Under the pieces are notes generated by a model that was not told where the DNA came from, made no database searches, and was given only the letters and a program-made list of their open reading frames with translations. From an uncultured bacterium (GTDB lineage Bacteria > Actinomycetota > Acidimicrobiia > Spongiisociales > UBA5794), in the NCBI GenBank assembly GCA_963801165.1, contig CAWDDT010000011.1, forward strand, positions 128,001 to 192,000: a stretch of DNA of 64,000 nucleotides, written 5' to 3'. Shown here piece after piece: positions 8,554-17,919 of the stretch (positions within the stretch are counted from its first letter, which is position 1; the number at the start of each line of letters is the position of its first letter). The position numbers and the translations under genes were made by a program.

Positions 8554-10728
8554 CTAGCCGGGCGGCGTCCCAACTAGCACCATAAGACTTGCGGGATCCG
8601 ACCCCGGCTCGCTCGCCGAGGTCGCGTGTCCCGGACCGATGCCCGCGATGACGAGCTTGCCATCTACGAGAAGCAGTTGCCCTGCGCCGCCCAGACCCGC
8701 GCCTTCGGGAAGAACCGCTTCTACCCAATGGCCGTCCTCGTTGAGGAAGACGCTGATGGCGGATTCAACCGGACCTGCCCACTGCCAGTCGATTGCCGCG
8801 TATGCCTCGTCGTCGGTGATGGTGAGGATGTCACCGTTGCCGAGGTCGAACGAGGTGACGCCTCTGTCCCAGGTGACGATATCCGCGGCCCGACCACTTT
8901 CGAACGCCCCCCAACCGAGTGAGAGCACCACCTCACCCGATGCTGAGTCGGTGACGGTCAGTACCGTCGCCTCCGTGTCCTGAAAGGTCAGCGTGTATCC
9001 GTCCTTCTCGATATCGAGTGGACGATCCGACCAGACCTCGTGCGTCACCAGCACGGCAACGTTTCCCGCCGCATCGGTCGCAACATCGGTCACGTAGTCA
9101 TAGAACCCGTCGCCCCCGGACGGGATGGCGAATTCTGGCACCCACACCAATCCGTCTACCGAGGACCACACCCCCGACCCGACCTGGCCGTCACCGACTG
9201 CTACATAGCCCGATGATGTCCCGGCAACCTCGTTAAACGAGATGTCGCTGGATCCGGCCGGCATGCTCGACCATGCTCCGTCCTCCAGGGTCCACACCGA
9301 GGACTGGTCGCGGGAGTCGCCAAACGAGTGGACCCAGGCCATGAAGCCTGTATCGGTCGGGAGCAAGGCAGAGACGTAGCTCCCGTCCGCACCCGGTACC
9401 GCAGTTCCTGTCCAGACGAGCCCGTCGTTGGAGGTGAGCAACTCGGTCCGGCTCGTGTAGTCGGCGGGGTCGACCACCATGGCCACCCGGTTTGCCCGGT
9501 CCTCTGCGGCGAACCATCTGTCCCATGTGACGTCGAGAAGTACTTCACCTGTTTCGGGGTCGACCAGACGGGGTGCCGGGCCGTGATAGAGGTCGTTGAG
9601 CGTACCGGAGGCGATCTCATCACCGGTGGCGGCGTCGGTGACCTGATAGGTGCTCTGCACCTCGTTGACGGCGATCACAAACCCGTCGTATCCGATCGAC
9701 ACGGTGTCCGGCGGTGCGGTATCGGTCGCTGACACCGGAATCGGCAACGGTGAACCGCCTCCGCCGTAGTAGCTGAAACCGGCGTCCCACACCTGAGGGG
9801 GAATCGTCACGATCACCTCACCGCTGTCCGGGTCGTACACGGCGAGGCCATCGGCACTGACGCCTGGCAACAGCTCGTCGATCGGCCCCGAGAGCAGCAC
9901 GCTGCCCGACGCCGGCTCGATCACCTGATAGGTGTTGCCCCGATAGTCGAGCTTCACCTGGATGTCGCCAAAGTCGAGCAGTGGCACCTGATTGGGATAC
10001 GTCTCGAACGTCGCTGCCAATGTCATGCCCGCAGGCCCCGCCGCTACGCTCTGGAGATACGCAAACTCGTCCTCTGCTGCCCCCAGGTCGAGCGGCTGCT
10101 CCGTCCAAGCGGTGCCATCGGTCGTCTCGTACAGGAGCAGTTCGCTGCCGACGAATTCACCCTCCCAAACCCCGGCGAAGACATACAAGTGTTCCCCATC
10201 GCCCACCGCGTGCGACACGAAAGCGTTCTCCGGCAGCTCCTGGCGACCAACGGTCTCCCAGTTGACACCGTCCGTCGACCTGTTGCTGGCAAGGGTCTCG
10301 CTGCCCACGCCGTCCCAAACAGCAGCGACGGCGACTACTGCATCGTCGAGCTCACCGAGCCAGACGAGGTCCATAGACGCCTCCGAGGCGAGCTCCACTC
10401 GTTGCCAGCTGTAGTCGACGCGACGGAAAGAAGCAGGTGTGACCTCGCCATCGGATATCGCCGGATACAAGGAGCTGCCGGCCACGGTGGTGGGCGGTGG
10501 CTTCACGGGCACCACGGTCGTCGCCGTCACCGCCAGACTCGGGAAGGATGCGACCTCGACCTGCCCTGCCGCTTCTGGTTGCCCCACAGCGTCGCCGATG
10601 CCCGCAGAGAGACGCAACACGACACCCAGCGCCGTGACCGCGATGACCGCCACCACGATGCCAAACGATCTACCCGCCATCCGCGTGCCGCGTGGCTCGA
10701 GAAGGTCGTGTGTCTCGCCGTTCGCCAT
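8554..10728 (-). CDS. Membrane-anchored acidic hypothetical protein with Asp-box-like repeats
   Basis: 724-aa ORF, SD GAAGGGG, N-terminal TM segment, four (S/T)xDGxxW motifs. Confidence 0.75.
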   Translation of the reverse strand: MANGETHDLLEPRGTRMAGRSFGIVVAVIAVTALGVVLRLSAGIGDAVGQPEAAGQVEVASFPSLAVTATTVVPVKPPPTTVAGSSLYPAISDGEVTPASFRRVDYSWQRVELASEASMDLVWLGELDDAVVAVAAVWDGVGSETLASNRSTDGVNWETVGRQELPENAFVSHAVGDGEHLYVFAGVWEGEFVGSELLLYETTDGTAWTEQPLDLGAAEDEFAYLQSVAAGPAGMTLAATFETYPNQVPLLDFGDIQVKLDYRGNTYQVIEPASGSVLLSGPIDELLPGVSADGLAVYDPDSGEVIVTIPPQVWDAGFSYYGGGGSPLPIPVSATDTAPPDTVSIGYDGFVIAVNEVQSTYQVTDAATGDEIASGTLNDLYHGPAPRLVDPETGEVLLDVTWDRWFAAEDRANRVAMVVDPADYTSRTELLTSNDGLVWTGTAVPGADGSYVSALLPTDTGFMAWVHSFGDSRDQSSVWTLEDGAWSSMPAGSSDISFNEVAGTSSGYVAVGDGQVGSGVWSSVDGLVWVPEFAIPSGGDGFYDYVTDVATDAAGNVAVLVTHEVWSDRPLDIEKDGYTLTFQDTEATVLTVTDSASGEVVLSLGWGAFESGRAADIVTWDRGVTSFDLGNGDILTITDDEAYAAIDWQWAGPVESAISVFLNEDGHWVEAVLPEGAGLGGAGQLLLVDGKLVIAGIGPGHATSASEPGSDPASLMVLVGTPPG

Positions 10729-10896
10729 CTCCGCCCCTTCACCTGCTGTGCAACCGACCCGGTCGCGCCATTCCGGCCAACACTAAACGTCAGGCGGCCT
10801 CATTCTGGTTCCTGAGCCAACCGTTTCCTTCCCCGCTTGCGGCACGCTTACGACCGCGGCGGCAGCAACGGCGGTCGCCGCTCGTCCTTCCCCCTT

Positions 10897-10940
10897 CGGA
10901 CGGCCTAGGGGCCGTCCGATCCCCCCGAAATGGGGGGATA
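10897..10940. repeat. Palindromic REP-like hairpins
   Basis: CGGACGGCC-TAGG-GGCCGTCCG and TCCCCCC-GAAAT-GGGGGGA. Confidence 0.5.
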
Positions 10941-10997
10941 GCTGCACGAGACAGAACTCAAACCAAACCGAGCCATGCTTCGGACCCACGTACAGCG

Positions 10998-11048
10998 GAG
11001 TTTGGCGAAGCCAAACTCAAACCTGACTGAGCCTCAGGCTCAGTCAGG
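10998..11048 (-). terminator. Tandem hairpins after the glmS stop
   Basis: CCTGACTGAGCC-TGA-GGCTCAGTCAGG-TTT followed by GAGTTTGGC-TTC-GCCAAACTC. Confidence 0.7.
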
Positions 11049-11051
11049 CGA

Positions 11052-12875
11052 CTACTCCACCGTGACCGACTTCGCCAGGTTTCTCGGCTGATCGATGTCG
11101 TGACCGCGGAGCCGGGCGACGTGATATGCCAACAGCTGCAGCGGCACGATCGCGGCAACCGGGCCAAGCAGATCGTCTGCGCGCGGGATCCGCAGCACAC
11201 GGTCGGCATATTTGTGGATCTGCTCGTCGTCGTCGAACGCGACGGCGAGCACCCTGCCGCCACGAGCCTTGACCTCCTGCACCGCCGAGATCGTCTTGTC
11301 GTACACGCTGTGCTGGGTGAGCACGACGATCACAGGCGTGCCCCTGGTTACCAGAGCCAACGTGCCGTGCTTCAGCTCCCCGGCCGGCATCGCCTCAGAG
11401 TGGAGGTAGCTGATCTCCTTCAGCTTCAGCGAGCCCTCCATGGCGACGGCATAATCGAGGCCCCGCCCGATGAAGTAGACGTCGTCAGCCTCGAGGATCT
11501 CCTCAGCAGCCGCGACGACCTGATCATCGCGGTGTAACAACTCTTCGATTTGCGCCGGCAGCAGGCTGAGACCGTGCGCCACGCGGGCTGCCAGGTCCTC
11601 GTCGACAACACCGCGCACCCGGCCGATACGGAGAGCGAGCAGGTACTGGGCGATCAGCATCGCCACGTAGGCCTTGGTCGACGCCACCGATATCTCGGGA
11701 CCTGCCCTCGTATACAGAATGTCGTCTGCTTCGCGGGCCAGCGTGCTCCCGACGACGTTGGTCAGCGCCAGCATGCGCGAGCCGCGCTCTTTTGCCAGCC
11801 GGGCTGCGGCCAGCGTGTCGGCGGTCTCCCCCGACTGGCTGATGGCAACCGTGAGGCTCCGTGGCGAGATCAGGGGATCGTTGTACCGCATCTCGTGGGC
11901 GTACTCGACGAATGTGGGCACGCGCAGCAGACGGCGGAAGATCTCTTTGCCCACCAGCCCGGCGTGGTACGCCGTCCCGCACGCTGTGATCCACAGCTCG
12001 TCGAAGTCACGGGCGAAGGCGTCATCGAATTTGACGTCCTCGAGCCACACCGAACCCGACTCGTCGAGCCGGCCCGCCAGGGTCTCGGTTACTACTGATG
12101 GCTGCTCGTTGATCTCCTTCAGCATGAAGTGGTCGAAGCCGCCCTTCTCGGCCTGCTCGGCATCCCAGTCGATGTGGAGCACGTCACGTTCGACCGGCTC
12201 GCCGGCAATGGTTTCGATGACGGCACCATCGACGGTGACCGTCACCATCTCGCCGTCCTCGATCACCAGGAACTTGCGAGTCCGGTGCAGCACCGCCGGG
12301 ATATCGGAAGCAAGGAACGTCTCCCCCTCCCCGAGACCAACGATGAGCGGGCTGATCCTGCGCACGGCAACGATCTTGCCGGGCTCGCGTTTGGTCATGA
12401 CGACCAGGGCGTAGGCACCCTCCGCCTTGGCCACCGCACGCCTCACCGCAGCCTCGAGATCTCCGTCGTACTCGTCGGCAACGAGGTGGGCGAGGATCTC
12501 CGTGTCCGTATCGGACGCAAACGCGTGCCCCGCCGCCTCCAGCTCTTCGCGGAGGGACAGGAAGTTCTCGATGATCCCGTTGTGGACCACGACAAACTCA
12601 CCGGATGGATCCGTATGAGGGTGGGCATTTACATCGCTCGGCTCACCGTGGGTTGCCCACCGCGTGTGCCCGATCCCGATCGTTCCCTGGAGCGGGCTCG
12701 CCTCGAGCAACGCTGCCAGGCGATCGATCTTCCCTTGAGCCTTGCGAACGTCGATTTTGCCGTTGCTGACGGCGACCCCGGCCGAGTCGTATCCCCGGTA
12801 CTCGAGACGGCGCAGACCGTCGAGAAGTACTGGAGCAGCCTGCTGCGGGCCCACGTAGCCCATGATTCCGCACAT
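11052..12875 (-). CDS. glmS: Glutamine-fructose-6-phosphate aminotransferase
   Basis: N-terminal MCGIMG, GHTRWATHG, SQSGETADT, C-terminal PRNLAKSVTVE. Confidence 0.98.
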   Translation of the reverse strand: MCGIMGYVGPQQAAPVLLDGLRRLEYRGYDSAGVAVSNGKIDVRKAQGKIDRLAALLEASPLQGTIGIGHTRWATHGEPSDVNAHPHTDPSGEFVVVHNGIIENFLSLREELEAAGHAFASDTDTEILAHLVADEYDGDLEAAVRRAVAKAEGAYALVVMTKREPGKIVAVRRISPLIVGLGEGETFLASDIPAVLHRTRKFLVIEDGEMVTVTVDGAVIETIAGEPVERDVLHIDWDAEQAEKGGFDHFMLKEINEQPSVVTETLAGRLDESGSVWLEDVKFDDAFARDFDELWITACGTAYHAGLVGKEIFRRLLRVPTFVEYAHEMRYNDPLISPRSLTVAISQSGETADTLAAARLAKERGSRMLALTNVVGSTLAREADDILYTRAGPEISVASTKAYVAMLIAQYLLALRIGRVRGVVDEDLAARVAHGLSLLPAQIEELLHRDDQVVAAAEEILEADDVYFIGRGLDYAVAMEGSLKLKEISYLHSEAMPAGELKHGTLALVTRGTPVIVVLTQHSVYDKTISAVQEVKARGGRVLAVAFDDDEQIHKYADRVLRIPRADDLLGPVAAIVPLQLLAYHVARLRGHDIDQPRNLAKSVTVE

Positions 12876-12935
12876 GCGGGAACCTCCGTGTTGTGACCGG
12901 AGGCGCTGTTGCGAGGTCCGAGACCTCACTCCACT

Positions 12936-13075
12936 CGGGAGCGACTCTGTCCCCGGGATTGCGCCCGGGATTTACCGCTCCCTGACGGCCGTGGACGGCC
13001 GAGAGGGCACCCGCCGACTGATCGATCATCCCTCCACCTCGTCACCTCGACTCCCGTCGAGGGCTGGCGCTGCTG
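12936..13075 (-). ncRNA. glmS ribozyme (GlcN6P-activated riboswitch)
   Basis: Minus strand reads A^GCGCCAG-P1(CCTCGAC/GTCGAGG)-TGACGAGG-TGGAGGG-ATGATCGA..TCGGCGGGTG-CCCTC..., then P4 GGGAGCG..AAA..GCAA..ACAGAG..CGCTCCC; directly upstream of glmS. Confidence 0.92.
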
Positions 13076-13187
13076 GTTTGAACGACTCCGGTCGGTTTCA
13101 GTTGTTGGACGAACACTAACCCATGAGGAGAATTGCGCAGCTACCGCAGGCCTGCATTGGGTCACCGGTCGTCCCCCACGGGGTGGC

Positions 13188-14507
13188 TCAACTGAGCGAC
13201 TCGGCGACCACCGCGCCAACGGCGGTCGCCATCTCCTCGGCGCTATCCGCAGACGGAGCCTCCACCATCACCCGCACCAGCGGCTCGGTCCCCGAGGCGC
13301 GCACCAGGATGCGCCCGTCACCGCCGAGTTCCCGTTCGGCATCGGCGACCGCGTCCCAGATGGCAGCCGAGGTGTCGAGCCTCCCCTTGTCGGCAACGGG
13401 GATGTTGCGCAGCACCTGGGGATACTCGGTGATGATCTTGCGCAGCTCGGCGAGAGGTTCGCCGGTCGCCGCCAGCACCTCAGCCAACCGGACGGCGGTA
13501 CGCAGCCCATCGCCTGTGGTGCCCCGGTAAAAAATGATATGGCCCGACTGCTCGCCACCGAGAGCAGCCTTCACCCGGCGCATACCCTCGTAGACGTAGC
13601 GATCGCCGACCGCGGTCTCCTCCACCTCGATGTCGAGGTCTTCCATCGCCCGCCGGAAACCGAGATTGGCCATGACAGTGGTCACCACGACGTTGTTCTT
13701 CAGCTTGCCCGTGTCCTTGAGGTGCTTGGCGAACACGGCCATCAACACGTCACCGTTGGCGACCACGCCGTTCTCGTCAACAGCGATGAGACGATCGGCG
13801 TCACCGTCAAACGCGAGACCCACCCTTCCCTTGACCATCGCGGCGAGGAATGCCGGCGTGGTGGCCCCGCAGCCCGCGTTGATGTTCAGCCCATCCGGCC
13901 CGTCGGCGTGGACCTCGACGGCGGCACCGAGCCTTTCGAAGAGAAGGGGGGCAGCCCGGTAGGCGGCACCATTCGCACAGTCGAGCACGAACTCGAGCCC
14001 CTGCAGGCTGTACTCCACGTTCTCAGCGAGGTTGTCGACATAGCGACCAACCGGATCGTCGAGATCCATGCGGAGGCCGATGAGGGCGCTGTCTGGATGC
14101 TGCCACGGCGCACCGCGCCGGTAGCGGGTCTCGATGACCGACTCTTGTTCGTCGTCGAGCTTGCCGCCGTTGTGCCCGAGGAACTTGATCCCGTTGTCGT
14201 GTGCCGGGTTATGCGAGGCACTCACCATCACCCCCATTGGTGCGTCGAGCTGGCGGATCAACCGGGAAACACCGCCGACGGGCAAGATCCCAACATCTAT
14301 GGTGTCAACTCCGACCGCGCTAAATCCGGCGTGAAGCGCCGCGGTGAACATGGGCCCCGAACGTCGCGTGTCGCGCCCGATGATGACGGGCCCACCGGTG
14401 CTCTCGCCGGCGGCACGCGCCAGATCGAGAGCCATCTCCACGGTGAGATCCGCGTTGGCGCGACCCCGAACCCCGTCGGTGCCGAATAGGCGATTGACGC
14501 CGGCCAC
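13188..14507 (-). CDS. glmM: Phosphoglucosamine mutase
   Basis: LFGTDGVRG, SASHNP, FDGDADR, GGEQSGH, RASGTEP. Confidence 0.97.
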   Translation of the reverse strand: MAGVNRLFGTDGVRGRANADLTVEMALDLARAAGESTGGPVIIGRDTRRSGPMFTAALHAGFSAVGVDTIDVGILPVGGVSRLIRQLDAPMGVMVSASHNPAHDNGIKFLGHNGGKLDDEQESVIETRYRRGAPWQHPDSALIGLRMDLDDPVGRYVDNLAENVEYSLQGLEFVLDCANGAAYRAAPLLFERLGAAVEVHADGPDGLNINAGCGATTPAFLAAMVKGRVGLAFDGDADRLIAVDENGVVANGDVLMAVFAKHLKDTGKLKNNVVVTTVMANLGFRRAMEDLDIEVEETAVGDRYVYEGMRRVKAALGGEQSGHIIFYRGTTGDGLRTAVRLAEVLAATGEPLAELRKIITEYPQVLRNIPVADKGRLDTSAAIWDAVADAERELGGDGRILVRASGTEPLVRVMVEAPSADSAEEMATAVGAVVAESLS

Positions 14508-14518
14508 CGGCCCAGACC

Positions 14519-14911
14519 TCAGCGCTTGGTGAACTGTGGAGCGCGACGGGCCTTGCGGAGACCGTACTTCTTGCGCTCGACACGACGTGCGTCCCGGGTG
14601 AGCATCCCGCCCCGCTTGAGGGTAGGGCGGTGCTCCGGGTCGATCTCGATGAGCGCCCGGGCAATCCCCAGCCGGAGAGCGTCGCTCTGTCCTGTGGTGC
14701 CACCACCTTCGAGCCTGGCGACAATGTCGTACTGGCCTTCCACCTCGACGGCCCGTAGCGGCTCCATCACCCGCTGCCGCAGCGCTGCGTACGGGAAGTA
14801 ATCGTCGAGAGTGCGGCCGTTGAGCGAAATCGCACCAGATCCGGAATAGAGACGGACCCTGGCGATGGAGCTCTTACGACGGCCGGTAGCTTGAACAAGC
14901 GGCTTTGGCAT
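14519..14911 (-). CDS. rpsI: 30S ribosomal protein S9
   Basis: [24 protein letters not shown]. Confidence 0.98.
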   Translation of the reverse strand: MPKPLVQATGRRKSSIARVRLYSGSGAISLNGRTLDDYFPYAALRQRVMEPLRAVEVEGQYDIVARLEGGGTTGQSDALRLGIARALIEIDPEHRPTLKRGGMLTRDARRVERKKYGLRKARRAPQFTKR

Positions 14912-15369
14912 CAGGCTCGCACCTTTCTGATATCGAGTGGCTGCGGCTGCTGCGCCGCATGCGGGTGCTCGGGGCCCGCATAGACCTTCAGCTTGCCGAG
15001 GATCTGACGACCGAGACGGTTCTTCGGCAGCATGCCCTTGACCGCGTTGGTGATGATGCGGTCCGGGAATGTCTCACGAACGTGTCGCAGCGACGAAGCC
15101 CGCAGGCCACCGGGGTATCCCGAATGGCGGTAGTAGATCTTCTCGTCTTCCTTGTGCCCCGTTACCGCGATCTTCTCGGCATTGATCACAATGACGTAGT
15201 CGCCCCCGTCCACGTGTGGGGCGAAGGTCGGCTTGTGCTTGCCACGCAGGATCTGCGCGACATTGGAAGCCAGACGGCCGAGCGGCACGTCGGCAGCGTC
15301 GACGACGAACCAGTCGTGGCTCAGGTCGCCCGGCTTGGGCGTAAAAGTCTTCTGTAGTTTCGGCTTCAT
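14911..15369 (-). CDS. rplM: 50S ribosomal protein L13
   Basis: WFVVDA, LGRLAS, GKHKP, HSGYPGG; start ATG 15369. Confidence 0.97.
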   Translation of the reverse strand: MKPKLQKTFTPKPGDLSHDWFVVDAADVPLGRLASNVAQILRGKHKPTFAPHVDGGDYVIVINAEKIAVTGHKEDEKIYYRHSGYPGGLRASSLRHVRETFPDRIITNAVKGMLPKNRLGRQILGKLKVYAGPEHPHAAQQPQPLDIRKVRA

Positions 15370-15432
15370 TAAGACAGTCCTCAAACAAGAAAAGCGCACA
15401 TGGAGGAACCCCTGGCGAGCGGGAGCCACCGC

Positions 15433-15462
15433 ATGATAAGCGATTGCTTGCTCGCGCGCCAA
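15433..15462 (-). promoter_or_regulatory. Putative sigmaA promoter of rplM-rpsI
   Basis: TTGGCG-N18-TATCAT. Confidence 0.5.
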
Positions 15463-15477
15463 CCCGGTGCCGGAGCG

Positions 15478-16209
15478 CTAGTAGTCCACCCGAACCAGCG
15501 TCAGCCCATGCGCTGGAGCGGCGCCCTTGGCGCGGCGACGATCCTTCGATTGGAGGATGACCGGCACGTCGTCCGGGTCGACTCTACCCCGTCCGATCTC
15601 GACTGACAGCGCCACAAGCGACCGCACCATCTGGTGGCAGAATGAGCTTGCGGAGACGTCGCACGCAAGGAGACAGTCTCCGCGGTCCGTCCACTGCACC
15701 ATGTCGAGTCGCCGCACCGTGCTACGGTCCCCGGCTTTGCGGCAGAACGCGGCAAAGTCGTGCTCGCCGACGAGATGGGCAACGCCGCGATTCATCAACT
15801 CGAGGTCGAGCGACGCCTCGTAGTGCCACGACGTTCCGGCGAGAAACGGGTCGGGAGTCTCCCGGTTGAGCACGAGATACGTGTAGGAACGGCCTTTCGC
15901 AGAGAAGCGGGCGTTGAAGCCGGGCGGCGCAATTGCAACGCTGCCAACTGCGATCTCAGGCCCCAGTTGCCGGTTCAAGGACCGTACGAGCCGGTTGGCG
16001 TCGAGCGCCCGGTCGACATCGAATGACACCACCTGCCCGGTGGCGTGCACCCCGCTGTCGGTGCGCCCGGCAACGGCCGTCTCCACCTCACCGGTGAGCT
16101 TGAACAGAGCATCTTCAAGCTCCCCCTGGACGGTACGGACGTGCGGCTGGCCGGCATAGCCGTGGAACCCGGTTCCGTCGTACGCGAGATCGATCCGGTA
16201 GGTCGTCAC
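15478..16209 (-). CDS. truA: tRNA pseudouridine(38-40) synthase
   Basis: YDGTGFHG, AGRTDSGVHA, F..QMVR, APAHGL. Confidence 0.96.
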   Translation of the reverse strand: MTTYRIDLAYDGTGFHGYAGQPHVRTVQGELEDALFKLTGEVETAVAGRTDSGVHATGQVVSFDVDRALDANRLVRSLNRQLGPEIAVGSVAIAPPGFNARFSAKGRSYTYLVLNRETPDPFLAGTSWHYEASLDLELMNRGVAHLVGEHDFAAFCRKAGDRSTVRRLDMVQWTDRGDCLLACDVSASSFCHQMVRSLVALSVEIGRGRVDPDDVPVILQSKDRRRAKGAAPAHGLTLVRVDY

Positions 16210-16222
16210 AGCTCGCCGCCGG

Positions 16223-16756
16223 TCAGATGAGGGGGGTGAGGGCGAAGATCCTGTTGACGATGACGAGCCCGATGAGCGCCCCGACGGCGGTCAGGAACGC
16301 CTTCTCGCGTGGCAAGTCGCTGGCATACCCCATCCCGGCGGCGATGATGAAGAGGAACCATATGTAGCCCAAGGCAAAAAAGAGCAGCCCGCGCCGTTGG
16401 AAGAAGAGAATGAGGATGGTGTGAAGAAGGGTTGTCGGATATGCAAAACCCGTGAAACGCAGATAGGTGCTGAACTCCCCACCGAGCTTGAGCCCGTAAT
16501 GCACGATCGCCCAAGAGATGCCCGAGTAGAGCAGCCACTGGATCAGCGCTCCGAGCACCAGTTCCAGCAGCAGGCTTCCGATGCCGACGCTGAACAACGA
16601 CCGCCCGCCGGCCACCAGCACGACAAAGGAAACCACGGGAGTGAGCGCCACCAGGATCAGCGCATCGCCGGTCGCCCGGTCGTTGAAGTCCATCCACACG
16701 AATGCGTCGCGCTTGATCTGCAGAGTCTGCAGGAACCTGCTGAAGACCTCACCCAT
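16223..16756 (-). CDS. Multi-pass membrane protein (YIP1-like)
   Basis: About 5 hydrophobic segments; SD GAGGT. Confidence 0.65.
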   Translation of the reverse strand: MGEVFSRFLQTLQIKRDAFVWMDFNDRATGDALILVALTPVVSFVVLVAGGRSLFSVGIGSLLLELVLGALIQWLLYSGISWAIVHYGLKLGGEFSTYLRFTGFAYPTTLLHTILILFFQRRGLLFFALGYIWFLFIIAAGMGYASDLPREKAFLTAVGALIGLVIVNRIFALTPLI

Positions 16757-16867
16757 CGGCTACCTCTTGCTCGGCAATGTCACCGGAGCATACCGGACGG
16801 CACGCGCCGGTCGGTTCCCAACGCCGCGGCCTCGTATAACCTCTCCCTGAGACAAAGAGAGGACCGC

Positions 16868-17854
16868 GTGGAGTACACACGTCTGGGAAGAACCGGCTTC
16901 GAGGTGTCACGGATAGGCTTTGGGGCCTGGGCCATCGGGGCCGACTGGGGTTCGGTCACCGAGACCGACGCCATCGCAGCTCTGGAGGCTGCCCTCGATA
17001 CGGGCATCACATTCTTCGACACCGCCGATGTCTACGGAGACGGTCGCAGCGAGCGCCTGATCGCCCGCCTTCGTGCCGAGCACCCGGAAGCCTCGTTCAC
17101 GGTCGCCACCAAGGCGGGACGCAGACTGGACCCCCACGTTGCTGCCGGATATACCCCGGAGAATATCGAGCGCTTCATCGATCGCAGCCTGCAGAACCTC
17201 CGCGTGGATAGCCTCCCGTTGGTGCAGTTGCACTGCCCGCCGACCGACGTCTACTACCAGCCTGCGCTGTTCGCCGGTCTCGACGCGCTCGTCGCCAAAG
17301 GGAAGATCCAGCACTACGGGGTCAGTGTCGAGCGGGTCGAGGAGGCGCTGAAGGCGATCGAGTATCCCGGCGTCGAGACGGTGCAGATCATCTTCAACAT
17401 GTTTCGGCACCGGCCCGCCGAGCTCTTCTTCCGGCAGGCGCAAGAGCGCGAGGTCGGCGTCATCGTTCGGGTACCCCTCGCAAGCGGCCTTCTCACCGGG
17501 AAGATGACGCCCGGGACGACATTCTCGGACGACGATCATCGCAAGTACAACCGCCACGGCGAGGCGTTCGACGTCGGCGAGACCTTTGCGGGAATCGACT
17601 ACGAGACCGGGCTGGTGGCGGTCGACGAGATCCGGCCGTTGCTACCGGAAGGAGCCACGATGGCGCAGCTGGCGTTGCGCTGGATCCTCATGTTCGACGC
17701 CGTCTCAACGGTCATCCCGGGTGGCAAGAACCCTGCACAGGTCAGGGACAACGCAAGCGCCGCGGACCTCCCAGCGCTCTCCGCCGCGACCATGGCCAAG
17801 ATCACCGACGTCTATGACCGCTATGCCCGCCCCCAGGTGCATCACCGCTGGTGA
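16868..17854 (+). CDS. Aldo/keto reductase
   Basis: GFGAWAIG, FDTADVYGDG, ATKAG, QLH, PLASGLL; GTG 16868 with SD GAGGA. Confidence 0.93.
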   Translation: MEYTRLGRTGFEVSRIGFGAWAIGADWGSVTETDAIAALEAALDTGITFFDTADVYGDGRSERLIARLRAEHPEASFTVATKAGRRLDPHVAAGYTPENIERFIDRSLQNLRVDSLPLVQLHCPPTDVYYQPALFAGLDALVAKGKIQHYGVSVERVEEALKAIEYPGVETVQIIFNMFRHRPAELFFRQAQEREVGVIVRVPLASGLLTGKMTPGTTFSDDDHRKYNRHGEAFDVGETFAGIDYETGLVAVDEIRPLLPEGATMAQLALRWILMFDAVSTVIPGGKNPAQVRDNASAADLPALSAATMAKITDVYDRYARPQVHHRW

Positions 17855-17919
17855 CCTCACCGCTTCTGGCGTCCATCGCGGCGACGATTAGCCGGTCTGG
17901 ACGCCAGAAGCGGTAGTTC

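Noticed and set aside
16397-16867. Long N-terminal extensions in the ORF track (AKR here; also acpS, rplJ, secE, glmS, rplE, rpoB)
   Set aside because: They overlap other genes or RNAs; homology and SD or -10 signals indicate the downstream starts used above.
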